64,000 nt of DNA from Bacteroidota bacterium (GTDB lineage: Bacteria > Bacteroidota > Ignavibacteria > OLB7): NCBI GenBank assembly GCA_048498995.1, contig JBEHWX010000005.1, positions 12,758-76,757 on the forward strand. The letters are read 5' to 3'. Both the position numbers and the translations under genes were made by a program. Positions 32,343 through 41,084 of the stretch are shown one piece after another; within the stretch, counting starts at the first letter, position 1; each line of letters opens with the position of its first letter. Below the pieces are notes generated by a model, which ran no database searches, was not told the DNA's origin, and worked only from the letters and a program-made list of their open reading frames with translations.

Positions 32343-35300
32343 TTACTTGACCACCGTCACCGACTTGGTGAGGGTGACGCCGGCGGCGGTGAGGCGGTAC
32401 TGATACTGGCCGCTGGCCAGATCGCTCAGATCCACCCGCACCACATGCTCTCCCTGGCCGCGATAGCCGCCGTCGAGAACCTTCACCAGCGTGCCGTTCA
32501 TGTCGTACAGCGACAGACGGATTTCCGTCCCCTTCACCATCCGGTAGCTCAACTCCACCGCGCCATGCGTCGGGTTCGGAACCGCCGCCCGCAGCTCAAG
32601 GCCCCCGGCAACCGCGTCCTCGCCGCTGACGCCGCTGGTCCGCTGCTCCTCGGCGCGGATCTCGGCCACGCGGACCAGCTGCTCGCCGGTCACCTCGTTG
32701 GTCGCCGTCAGCGCCAGCTCGGCCACAAGGTCATGGCCGGCCGGGATCACCTCGACCACCAGCTCTCCCTCGGCATTGGCCTCGACGCGATCGGCGCCGC
32801 GGACCACGCGGAACTGCGCCGCGTCGGCGCCGCTGAAGCGGACGTCGCTGATCGAGACTGCCTCGCTTCCCTCGTTACGCAGCTTGAGAATCCGCTCGGC
32901 GGCCTGACCACCGATCGAGGAGATCTCCAGGCGGACCTTCGAGTCCAGATCCAGCTTCGTGCTGCTGGCGGTGGCCGTCAGGCCGATCGACTGCATCGGG
33001 CCGGCGTTGCTGGTGAAGTCCACCTGCGCGGTGGAGCTGCCGGCAACCGTCGGATGGTAGGTCACTTCCAGGAACTCGACCTGGCCCGGGGCCAGCATCA
33101 GGCGCGGGAAGGCGCTGAGCGAGAAGTCGGCGGCGTTGGCGCCGGAGAGCGCCGGGGCCGTCGTGAGCATGACCGGCATCGAGCCGGTGTTGGTCACCGT
33201 GATCGTCTGGCGGGCTTCCTTCCCCTTGGCGATCGGCGTGAAGGCGATCGTGGCAGGGTTCAGCTGCAGCGTGCGGGAGCCGGCCATGCCGTCGAGCTTG
33301 GCCGAGAAGACCTCACCGGTGGCGAGGGTTACGTCCAGCGTCGCGTTGCGCGGGCCGTCGACACCGGCACGCGGGGCGAAGATGACGCCGAGCGTCAGCT
33401 TGCCGCCGGCCGGAACCACCTTGCTGGAGGCCGGCCAGGGAGCGTTCGTCCACTGCGCGAAGTCCGTGGCATCGGCGCCGCCGAGGGCAACCGTCATAAC
33501 GGTGATCGGCGAGCGGCTCGGGTTGACGAAGGTCACCGTGTTGTAGGTCGAGTCGGCGCCGATCGCCGCCATGCCCATCGACACCTTGTTGGTGATCATG
33601 GTCGCCTTCCCCTCGCCGAAGAGGTCGAGGTAGTAGCTGCCGCGCTCGGCGACGCCCGGGAGCGAGATCGTCGAGTCGTTCGTCTTCAGCCAGAGCGAGG
33701 CGCGGCGCGAACCGGCCATCGTCGGAATGAAGCGGACGCTGACCGTGGCCGATCCGCCCGACGGAATGATGTAGTCGCCGTTGTTGTCGGTCTGAGCCCC
33801 GACGAGGCCGCTCATGAGCGTGAAGTCCTCGACATCACCCGAGGCGATCTGCATGAACTTCTGCGAGATGCGGAGGTCGCAGTTGCCCGGGTTGCGGAGC
33901 GTGAAGGTCATCGTCGAGGAATCGCCGATGGAGAGCGGCGGGAAGACGATCGTCTTCGGGGCGCCACCCACCTGGTTGTCCGAGAGCACGCCACCGACGG
34001 CACGGCCGAACAGATCGAAGTTCAGCGTTCCCTCGACCGCGGGAGCCGCGATCGTGGTGTCGATACCGATGAAGTTCTGACCGTTGGTCACGAAGAAGGC
34101 GCGGGCGTAACGCTTGCCCGGACGCTGGCCGACGTAGGTCAGATAGAGCGTGCGCTGCTGTCCCTGCGGGATCACCATCGGGAAGGTCAGCGGCTGGTTC
34201 ATCGACAGCGGGGCGACGGCCGGCGAGGCGGTCACCATGTAGTCGTTCGAACGAATCAGGCGGCCGGCGCCATCACGCAGCAGCGGATAGCGGTTGCCCT
34301 GACCGTAGACGGTATCGATGGCGAAGAACGAGAGGCCGTTCACCACGAAATCACCGACGCCCGTGTTCTTCACGTTCAGCGTCATCGTGTTGGCGAACTC
34401 GCCGACGCAGCTCGTCTGATTGATATAGAGCGAGCTCGTGGCGTCGAGCTTGTTGTTGTTGGCGTAGAACTCTCCACCCGGAGCCGCGGCGTAGGCGCGC
34501 AGCATGTAGGTGCGGGTCGCCTCGCCGTCGGCGGTCACCTTGAGGAAGGCCTCCTGGAAACCGACGCCGGTCGGGCGGAACGTGATCACCGGGCTGACGC
34601 TCTGCAGGGCGCCGAGCGAGGCCGAGGTGGGGCTGATCGAGTACTGGCCGGACGGATCGATCAACTGGAACGTGACCGGCGCGGTCGGCGTCGAGGTGTT
34701 GCCGTTGATGTTCGTGATCGTGATCGGCGTGAAGCTGCCGCTCGTCTTACGGATCACCAGGATGTTCTGCATCAGCGTATCGCCGTTGGCCGCCGTGCTG
34801 GTGCCTCCCTGGGCGATGGTGCCGGTGTAGCTCATACGGGTGCTTCCCTCGCCCGCAAGGTAATAGAACCTGGAGAAGCCGTGATCGTCGGTGACCGTCA
34901 GGGTCGCGTAGCGCTTGCCCAGGCCGCTCGGCGAGAAGCTGAGGGTCGGCGTGAGCGAGGTGCTGGCACCGATCACGCCGGTGGCCGGCGTAAGGCGATA
35001 GTCGCCGGCGTTGGCGCCGGAGAGGCTATACGTATAGGAGATCGGGTAGCAGGGGCTGGCGCCGACGGCGATGCTGAACGGCGTGTAGCTGCCGGTGTTG
35101 CCGCGCTGCACGCGCTGGCCGATGAGCAGGGAGTCGGCGTTGTTCATCGCGGCGGTACCACCCTGCGCGACGTTGCCGGAGATCGTGATGTTCGACTGGC
35201 ACGGGGTCAGCGAATACACGGTGCCGGAGGCCGGCGGCGTGGTGCTGTTATTGGCCGTGGTGTAGCTGACCGAGCTCGTGCTTCCACCCGTGATCGAGAT

Positions 35301-35933
35301 GAAGTTCGTGCTGCTGACGAAGGCGCCGATCGAGGCGGAGTAGCTGCTGGCGCTGTTGGTGGCGCCGTACCAGAACTCGATCTTGTTCGAGCTCTCGTAC
35401 AGGCGGACCTGATAGAGCATCGCCGAGCTGGAATTGCCCAGCTGATACACGTTCCACTGCACGGTGAGCACCCGGTTCGGGGAGCTTCCGGAGACCAGGT
35501 AGCAGACCGAGCCGTTCTGGCCGGCGTTGAGACCCATGTCGTCCCAGAGCGCGAAGATCGCCGGAGTGGTCGAGCTCAGTCCGGTGATGCTGTTCGAATA
35601 TGACGTGGCGACCCGGGTGGAGCCCAGGCCGAGAAGGCCGTTCGTGCTGACGGAGAACTGCGTATAGCCGGTTCCGTCGAAATTGAACGTGAATCCGATG
35701 TCGATCGGACCGGCGGCGGCATCATCCGTGCTGGTCCACGTGGAATAGTTCGTCGAGGTCACGAAGGTCGCGCTCGACATATCGGTCGCCGAGCCGGTAG
35801 TCGACGAGAACTGGTAGACCGAGAGCGCGGCTCGGGATGAGCTCCCGGCCATGGCCATCAGCAGAACGAGTAGTGGGAGTACTCGCCTGAAGAATCGAGG
35901 GCCTTTGATCGGTAGAGAAAACCGCATTGCCAA
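32343..35933 (-). CDS. Large secreted protein with repeated PapD/ASH-like (choice-of-anchor-D-like) beta-sandwich domains and a T9SS CTD, 1,196 aa
   Basis: Signal peptide ..VLPLLVLLMAMAGSSSRAA. N-terminal module AAAGPIDIGFTFNFDGTGYTQFSVSTNGLLGL..IFALWDD. Repeated units resemble FPPLSIGDSSTMTFTLRNPGNCDLRIS and FTPIAKGKEARQTITVTNTGSMPVMLT. The CTD reads ..AVPNPTHGAVELSY..IRLSLYDMNGTLV..GQYQYRL..VTVVK. Confidence 0.85.
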   Translation of the reverse strand: MAMRFSLPIKGPRFFRRVLPLLVLLMAMAGSSSRAALSVYQFSSTTGSATDMSSATFVTSTNYSTWTSTDDAAAGPIDIGFTFNFDGTGYTQFSVSTNGLLGLGSTRVATSYSNSITGLSSTTPAIFALWDDMGLNAGQNGSVCYLVSGSSPNRVLTVQWNVYQLGNSSSAMLYQVRLYESSNKIEFWYGATNSASSYSASIGAFVSSTNFISITGGSTSSVSYTTANNSTTPPASGTVYSLTPCQSNITISGNVAQGGTAAMNNADSLLIGQRVQRGNTGSYTPFSIAVGASPCYPISYTYSLSGANAGDYRLTPATGVIGASTSLTPTLSFSPSGLGKRYATLTVTDDHGFSRFYYLAGEGSTRMSYTGTIAQGGTSTAANGDTLMQNILVIRKTSGSFTPITITNINGNTSTPTAPVTFQLIDPSGQYSISPTSASLGALQSVSPVITFRPTGVGFQEAFLKVTADGEATRTYMLRAYAAAPGGEFYANNNKLDATSSLYINQTSCVGEFANTMTLNVKNTGVGDFVVNGLSFFAIDTVYGQGNRYPLLRDGAGRLIRSNDYMVTASPAVAPLSMNQPLTFPMVIPQGQQRTLYLTYVGQRPGKRYARAFFVTNGQNFIGIDTTIAAPAVEGTLNFDLFGRAVGGVLSDNQVGGAPKTIVFPPLSIGDSSTMTFTLRNPGNCDLRISQKFMQIASGDVEDFTLMSGLVGAQTDNNGDYIIPSGGSATVSVRFIPTMAGSRRASLWLKTNDSTISLPGVAERGSYYLDLFGEGKATMITNKVSMGMAAIGADSTYNTVTFVNPSRSPITVMTVALGGADATDFAQWTNAPWPASSKVVPAGGKLTLGVIFAPRAGVDGPRNATLDVTLATGEVFSAKLDGMAGSRTLQLNPATIAFTPIAKGKEARQTITVTNTGSMPVMLTTAPALSGANAADFSLSAFPRLMLAPGQVEFLEVTYHPTVAGSSTAQVDFTSNAGPMQSIGLTATASSTKLDLDSKVRLEISSIGGQAAERILKLRNEGSEAVSISDVRFSGADAAQFRVVRGADRVEANAEGELVVEVIPAGHDLVAELALTATNEVTGEQLVRVAEIRAEEQRTSGVSGEDAVAGGLELRAAVPNPTHGAVELSYRMVKGTEIRLSLYDMNGTLVKVLDGGYRGQGEHVVRVDLSDLASGQYQYRLTAAGVTLTKSVTVVK

Positions 35934-36447
35934 CTCCTATGGATTGATCGTTTGGGAAACGTATCGAAAGGGCACAGGTCGGGCATGCTGCTACCGGGTG
36001 TTGAAGCAGTCATGGGGGTGATTGGGAGAGTCGGCCATCAGAGTACTAAGAAACTCAGTACTAAGTCAAGAAGCAGTAACACCGAATCTTTCTCGATTCG
36101 CGGTATTATTCAACTTCCCGACCACGTAGGCCGAAATGGTGCCGGCCGGTGCTGACGGGGGTACTGAAATCGGGCGTTACCAACATTACGCACCGAAGAC
36201 CTTCCGTAGACCGGCGTCTTCCAGGGGACCAAGGATCGCTTCTGGGTGTGCGACCAACATCGTCACGGAACCTATGTGTCGCTAAGGGTATATTTGGGGC
36301 GCGACGATCGGACGATGCTTGTAATGAACGTCGCGACCTGTAATAATGTTCCCGTTTCGGCCCCAAGTTTCTTTACCCCGGCCGGCCGCGCACCGGAACG
36401 GACTCGATCTGCCGAAATTCCTCATTCCTTCATATATCTCTTTGAAT

Positions 36448-37572
36448 ATGAGCTCGAATCCGCTCCCCACTTTCCTCGAACTCGGCCAGTCGATCTGGTA
36501 CGATTTCATCAGCCGCGATTTCATCTCCACCGGCGCGATGCAGCAGCTCGTCGACAAGGGGCTCCGCGGCATGACCTCCAACCCGACGATCTTCGAGAAG
36601 GCGATCTCCAAGGGGGAAGCCTACGACGCTCAGATCAAGGAACTGGCCTCGGCCGGCCGCGCGACCGCCGAGATCGCCACGGAGCTCTTCGTCACCGATA
36701 TCCGGAATGCCTGCGACGTCCTTCGCCCGGTCTACGATGCCTCCAACGGCGCCGATGGCTTCATCTCCCTGGAGGTGAACCCGAAACTGGCCAAGAATGA
36801 AGAGGAGACGCTCCGCGAGGCCCGCCACCTCTGGCAGGTGGTCGACCGCCCGAACCTGATGATCAAGATCCCGGCGACCTCCGAGGGGCTCCCGGCCGTC
36901 CGTCAGTGCCTGGCCGAGGGGATCAACGTGAACATCACGCTGGTGTTCTCCCTGGAGCAGGACCAGGCCGTGGCCGAGGCCTATATCAGCGCTCTCGAGG
37001 AGCGCCACGCCGCCGGAAAGCCGGTGGCCGGCATCGCCTCGGTGGCCAGCGTGTTCGTCAGCCGCATCGACGCGATGGTCGACGAGATGCTGGAGAAGGC
37101 TGGCGGCGAGGAAGCGCTCGCACTCCGCGGCAAGGCGGCGCTTGCCAACACGAAGCTGGTCTACAAGGCGTTCCTGGAGCTCTTCTCCGGTGATCGCTGG
37201 GAGCCGCTGGCGCGCGCCGGCGCGCGGCCGCAGCGCCCCCTCTGGGCCAGCACCTCGACGAAGAACCCCTCCTACCCCGACCTTCTGTACGTCGAGCCGC
37301 TGATCGGCCCGCACACGGTCAACACTGTTCCGCCGGAGACGCTCGAGGCGATCTTCGACCACGCCCGGCCGGCCCGGACGATCGAGGAGGGGATGGATCA
37401 GGCCGCCGGCACCATGGAGCGTCTGAGCGCCGCCGGCATCGACATGGATCGGGTGATGAGCCGTCTGCTGGAGGAAGGGGTGGAGAAGTTCGAGAAGTCG
37501 TTCGATACCCTCTTCGAGAAGCTCGAGGAGAAGCGCGCCGCCCTCCTGGCCGAGGCCGCTCCCCAGAGCTGA
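36448..37572 (+). CDS. tal: Transaldolase
   Basis: LGQSIWYDFISRD, GMTSNPTIFEKAI, and IKIPATSEGLPAV (Schiff-base Lys context). I prefer the ATG at 36448 (MSSNPLPTFLE). Confidence 0.88.
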   Translation: MSSNPLPTFLELGQSIWYDFISRDFISTGAMQQLVDKGLRGMTSNPTIFEKAISKGEAYDAQIKELASAGRATAEIATELFVTDIRNACDVLRPVYDASNGADGFISLEVNPKLAKNEEETLREARHLWQVVDRPNLMIKIPATSEGLPAVRQCLAEGINVNITLVFSLEQDQAVAEAYISALEERHAAGKPVAGIASVASVFVSRIDAMVDEMLEKAGGEEALALRGKAALANTKLVYKAFLELFSGDRWEPLARAGARPQRPLWASTSTKNPSYPDLLYVEPLIGPHTVNTVPPETLEAIFDHARPARTIEEGMDQAAGTMERLSAAGIDMDRVMSRLLEEGVEKFEKSFDTLFEKLEEKRAALLAEAAPQS

Positions 37573-37615
37573 TGCACCGCGCGCCCGATCGGGCGCCGAA
37601 GCCTTCGAGACCGAT

Positions 37616-37652
37616 GACGGGCTCCCCCGACCGGGGAGCCCGTCCCATTTTA
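37616..37652 (+). terminator. Rho-independent terminator after tal
   Basis: gacgggctcccc/cgacc/ggggagcccgtc forms a perfect 12-bp stem and is followed by ccatttta. Confidence 0.7.
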
Positions 37653-37945
37653 CCCCTTCGTATCGCCGGCCGGACTTGATATTCCCTCTTCGATCGTGTA
37701 CATTCAACGCTGCCCGTGTTTATCCACATATTTCGATGATCGTGGCGGCCGAACTTCCAGACAGAACATGCCCGGCCGGAGATCGGCGCGGATTCCCGTC
37801 GGAAGCGCCCCTCCGCCGGCCCGGACGATCCGATGAAAGCTTTTGACGCGGCCCCCGAAGGAGGTTCCAATTCGCTCAATTCTGTGCAATATCCGATGAT
37901 GGAGTCGTCGCCGGCAGCACACCGGCGCTGAGCGCGAAGGTTCTG

Positions 37946-38431
37946 GTGCTCAACCAGAACTACGAGCCGCTCAGCGTCTGCAGCGTGCAGAAGGCGGTGA
38001 TCCTTCTCTGGCTCGGCAAGGCGGAGATGGTTGCGGCCCGCAATGATCGCGTGATCCGCGCGGTCCGCTCCGCCTATCCCTATCCGAGCGTTGTTCGGCT
38101 CTCGCTCTATATCCACGTTCCCTACAAGAAGGTGGAGCTGACGAGGAAGAACATTCTCCGGCGCGACAACTTCCGCTGCGCCTACTGCAACAAGACAACC
38201 CCGCCGCTCACCGTCGACCACATCGTTCCGAAGTCGCGAAGCGGCGGCGACACCTGGGAAAACCTCGTCTGCGCCTGCGTCCGCTGCAACAACCGGAAGG
38301 GGAACAGAACGCCGGACGAGGCGAACATGAAGCTGCGGGTCAAGCCCTTCCGCCCCAATCACGTGACCTTCATCCAGAACGTGGTCGGCACCGTCGAGCG
38401 GGAGTGGGAGCCCTATCTCTTCATGCGATGA
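37946..38431 (+). CDS. HNH endonuclease family protein, 161 aa
   Basis: CAYCNK..LTVDHIVPKSRSGGDTWENLVCACVRCNNRKGNRTPDEA. GTG start. Confidence 0.85.
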   Translation: MLNQNYEPLSVCSVQKAVILLWLGKAEMVAARNDRVIRAVRSAYPYPSVVRLSLYIHVPYKKVELTRKNILRRDNFRCAYCNKTTPPLTVDHIVPKSRSGGDTWENLVCACVRCNNRKGNRTPDEANMKLRVKPFRPNHVTFIQNVVGTVEREWEPYLFMR

Positions 38432-38594
38432 TCTCGCGATCGAGCGCCGCCGCCTCCGAACGGACCCGGCGGCGACATGGAATCCGAATCGAGGGGAATC
38501 ATGCCGATGCATGGTTCCCCTCGCCGTTTCCCCACCGCGGCCGACTCGATCTTCTTGGCCGGCAGGCATCGGCGGGAGTATCTTCCCCGCCGAC

Positions 38595-39908
38595 ATGTCA
38601 TCTTCAGTCCTCTCCATCTCCCCCGTCGAGAAGTTTTCCTGGGCGGGACGCCTTCCCGGCGACCCCGCCGTGGCGCAGACCGCGATCGCGGGCGCCTTGG
38701 CCTCGCCCGGCCCCTCCCTGCTCCGGAATCTCCCGGAGGGGGACGCCGATACCGAGATCATGCTCCGCGCGGCGGCCGATCTCGGCTGCCACGTCGAGCG
38801 CGACGGAACCACGCTCCGGCTCACGCCTCCGGCCGACGGGCTCCGGGAGCCATCGGCGCCGATCGACCTCGGCAACGCCGGCTACCCGCTCCGCCTCCTG
38901 ATCGGCCTGCTCGCCGCTCAGCCGTTCCGCAGCCGCCTCATCCCCGGACACCCGCTGAACAAGCGGAACATCGAGCGGGTGCTCGAGCCGCTCCGGACGA
39001 TCGGCGCGGAACTGACCAGCAGCGACCGGGGAACGCCCCCGGTGAACATCTTCCCCGGCCATATCGTGGGAGGGCGCGTGGATCTGCCGATCCCGAATGC
39101 CTGGGTGAAGGCCTCCCTCCTGGCCGCGGCGGCCGCCGCCGGCGTGGAGCTGACCGTGAGCGAGCCCCTTCCCTCGCGCGATTACGCCGAGCGGATCCTC
39201 GGCGCCGATCGCGAGCCGGCCGACCGTTATCTGACACGTACCCATCCCCGAACGCCGGCCCCGCTCGACTGGACGCTCCCCTCCGATTCGGTTCTGGCCG
39301 ATCATCTGACGGCGATCGCCCTCCTCGGCCACGGCTCCGCCGTCACGATCGAGGATCGGGTGCTCACCCCGATCGATACGCGGCTGCTCGGCATGCTGGA
39401 ATCCACCGCGGACGCGCTGGAGCTCCGCGCCGGAAGCGCCGAGACGCCCCTGCCGACCGGACGCCTCCAGACCGCCTGGACGCTGCTGAACGAGCAAATC
39501 GAGCTGGACGCGCGGACCATGCCCGGCATCGAGGCGGAGCTTCCGCTGCTGGCGGTGCTGGTCGGCTGCGGCGGCGGATCGCTCAAGGTGGTCGGGGCAA
39601 TAAACATGCGCCAGCAGCTCTGCGACCGCATTTCGGCGATCGTCGACAACCTGGCGTTCTTCGGCATCGACACCGAGGAGTACGACGACGGGTTCCGCGT
39701 CACCTCGACCGGTAAGGTCACCGGCGGCGTCGAGCTCAGCGGCTACGACGACCCGGTGATCGCCGCGGCGATGATCGTCCTCTCGGCCGCCGCCGACGCC
39801 CCCTCGCTCCTGTTCGACGTGCCGGAGGACTCCCGCATAGCCAGCCTGGTGGCGCTCCTCGGCGCGCACGTCCGTCCCCTGGCCCCGGAGGAGCTGGAGG
39901 AGGGGTGA
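38595..39908 (+). CDS. EPSP-synthase-fold (AroA-like) protein with substituted catalytic motifs, 437 aa
   Basis: Fold-level motifs are retained: LGNAGYPLRLLIGLLAA, ..RNIERVLEPLRTIGAEL, SRDYAERIL. The ATG at 38595 (MSSSVLSISPVEKF..) is preferred over the track start at 38511. Catalytic motifs are altered (see findings). Confidence 0.7.
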   Translation: MSSSVLSISPVEKFSWAGRLPGDPAVAQTAIAGALASPGPSLLRNLPEGDADTEIMLRAAADLGCHVERDGTTLRLTPPADGLREPSAPIDLGNAGYPLRLLIGLLAAQPFRSRLIPGHPLNKRNIERVLEPLRTIGAELTSSDRGTPPVNIFPGHIVGGRVDLPIPNAWVKASLLAAAAAAGVELTVSEPLPSRDYAERILGADREPADRYLTRTHPRTPAPLDWTLPSDSVLADHLTAIALLGHGSAVTIEDRVLTPIDTRLLGMLESTADALELRAGSAETPLPTGRLQTAWTLLNEQIELDARTMPGIEAELPLLAVLVGCGGGSLKVVGAINMRQQLCDRISAIVDNLAFFGIDTEEYDDGFRVTSTGKVTGGVELSGYDDPVIAAAMIVLSAAADAPSLLFDVPEDSRIASLVALLGAHVRPLAPEELEEG

Positions 39909-39959
39909 TCTCTCCCCCGGCCGGCATCGACAACTTCAACTGCGCCTTCTTCAAAACTC

Positions 39960-41048
39960 ATGGCTGACGTAGCTCTCAGAAACGTGGTGAAGCGGTTCGA
40001 CGATGGAACCATGGCCGTCAACGGCGTCACCTTCGATCTGCCGAACGGGGAGTTCCTCGTGATCGTCGGCCCCTCCGGCTGCGGCAAGTCGACCACGCTC
40101 CGGATGATCGCCGGCCTGGAGCCGGTCAGCGACGGCCAGATCATGATCGACGGGCGCGTGGTCAACGACGTCCACCCGAAGGACCGGGATATCGCGATGG
40201 TCTTTCAGAACTACGCCCTCTATCCGCACATGTCGGTCCGGGAGAACCTGGAGTTCGGGCTGAAGATGCGTAAGACGCCGAAGGAGGAGATGAAGCGACG
40301 GGTGGAGCAGGTGGCCAGGATGCTCGAGCTGGAGGCGCTGCTGGACCGGAAGCCGAAGGCGCTCTCCGGAGGTCAGCGCCAGCGCGTGGCGCTCGGGCGG
40401 GCGATCGTCCGGAACCCGAAGGTCTTTCTCTTCGACGAGCCCCTCTCAAATCTCGATGCCCGGCTCCGGACGCAGACCCGCGCGGAGATCCAGCGTCTGC
40501 ATCACGAGCTCGGGGCCACCTCGATCTACGTGACCCACGATCAGGTGGAGGCGATGACGATGGCCGACAAGATCGTGGTGATGAATCAGGGGAACGTGCA
40601 GCAGATAGCCCCTCCGCTGGAGCTCTACCGGAACCCGGCCAACCGCTTCGTGGCCGGCTTCATCGGCACCCCGTCGATGAACTTCGTCGAGGGGAGCGTC
40701 GAACGGGGACCGCGGGGGGCGATCTTCCGGGAATCGACACCGGACGGCGTGGCGATTCCGCTGGAGAATCTCCCGGCCGGCATGGAGCGCGCCACCGTGA
40801 TCGGCATCCGCCCGGAGCATCTGCTGCTGACCGAGGCGGGAGATCCCTTCTCGTTTCAGGCAACGGTACAGGTGGTCGAGACCCTCGGCAACCAGACGTT
40901 CATCCATGTTCCGATCGGCCGTGGCTTCATGATCGCCTCGGCCAATCCGGACCGGCACCCGACCTACGGCGACACCGTGCACCTGCGGCTGATGCCGGAG
41001 CGGACGTTCTTCTTCGACGCCGACGGCGCGCGCCTCACCGCCGGCTGA
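39960..41048 (+). CDS. ABC transporter ATP-binding protein, MalK/UgpC/MsmX type
   Basis: Walker A GPSGCGKST, signature LSGGQRQRVALGRA, Walker B FLFDEPLSNLD, and a C-terminal TOBE-like regulatory domain. Confidence 0.9.
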   Translation: MADVALRNVVKRFDDGTMAVNGVTFDLPNGEFLVIVGPSGCGKSTTLRMIAGLEPVSDGQIMIDGRVVNDVHPKDRDIAMVFQNYALYPHMSVRENLEFGLKMRKTPKEEMKRRVEQVARMLELEALLDRKPKALSGGQRQRVALGRAIVRNPKVFLFDEPLSNLDARLRTQTRAEIQRLHHELGATSIYVTHDQVEAMTMADKIVVMNQGNVQQIAPPLELYRNPANRFVAGFIGTPSMNFVEGSVERGPRGAIFRESTPDGVAIPLENLPAGMERATVIGIRPEHLLLTEAGDPFSFQATVQVVETLGNQTFIHVPIGRGFMIASANPDRHPTYGDTVHLRLMPERTFFFDADGARLTAG

Positions 41049-41084
41049 GAGATCCGGCCGGCCGTTGCGCGCCACCGCGTGCGC

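Noticed and set aside
32307-35603. 1,098-aa plus-strand ORF
   Set aside because: Shadow ORF antisense to the second T9SS protein gene, with the same compositional artefact.
37946-38431. HNH endonuclease as a marker of a mobile element or prophage
   Set aside because: No integrase, transposase, terminase, flanking repeats or compositional break is adjacent. Stand-alone ~160-aa HNH proteins of this type are common chromosomal genes.
38477-39869. 412-aa plus-strand (alternate frame) and 421-aa minus-strand ORFs over the AroA-like gene
   Set aside because: Both are extremely Arg/Pro/Gly-rich. The chosen frame carries EPSP-synthase fold motifs.
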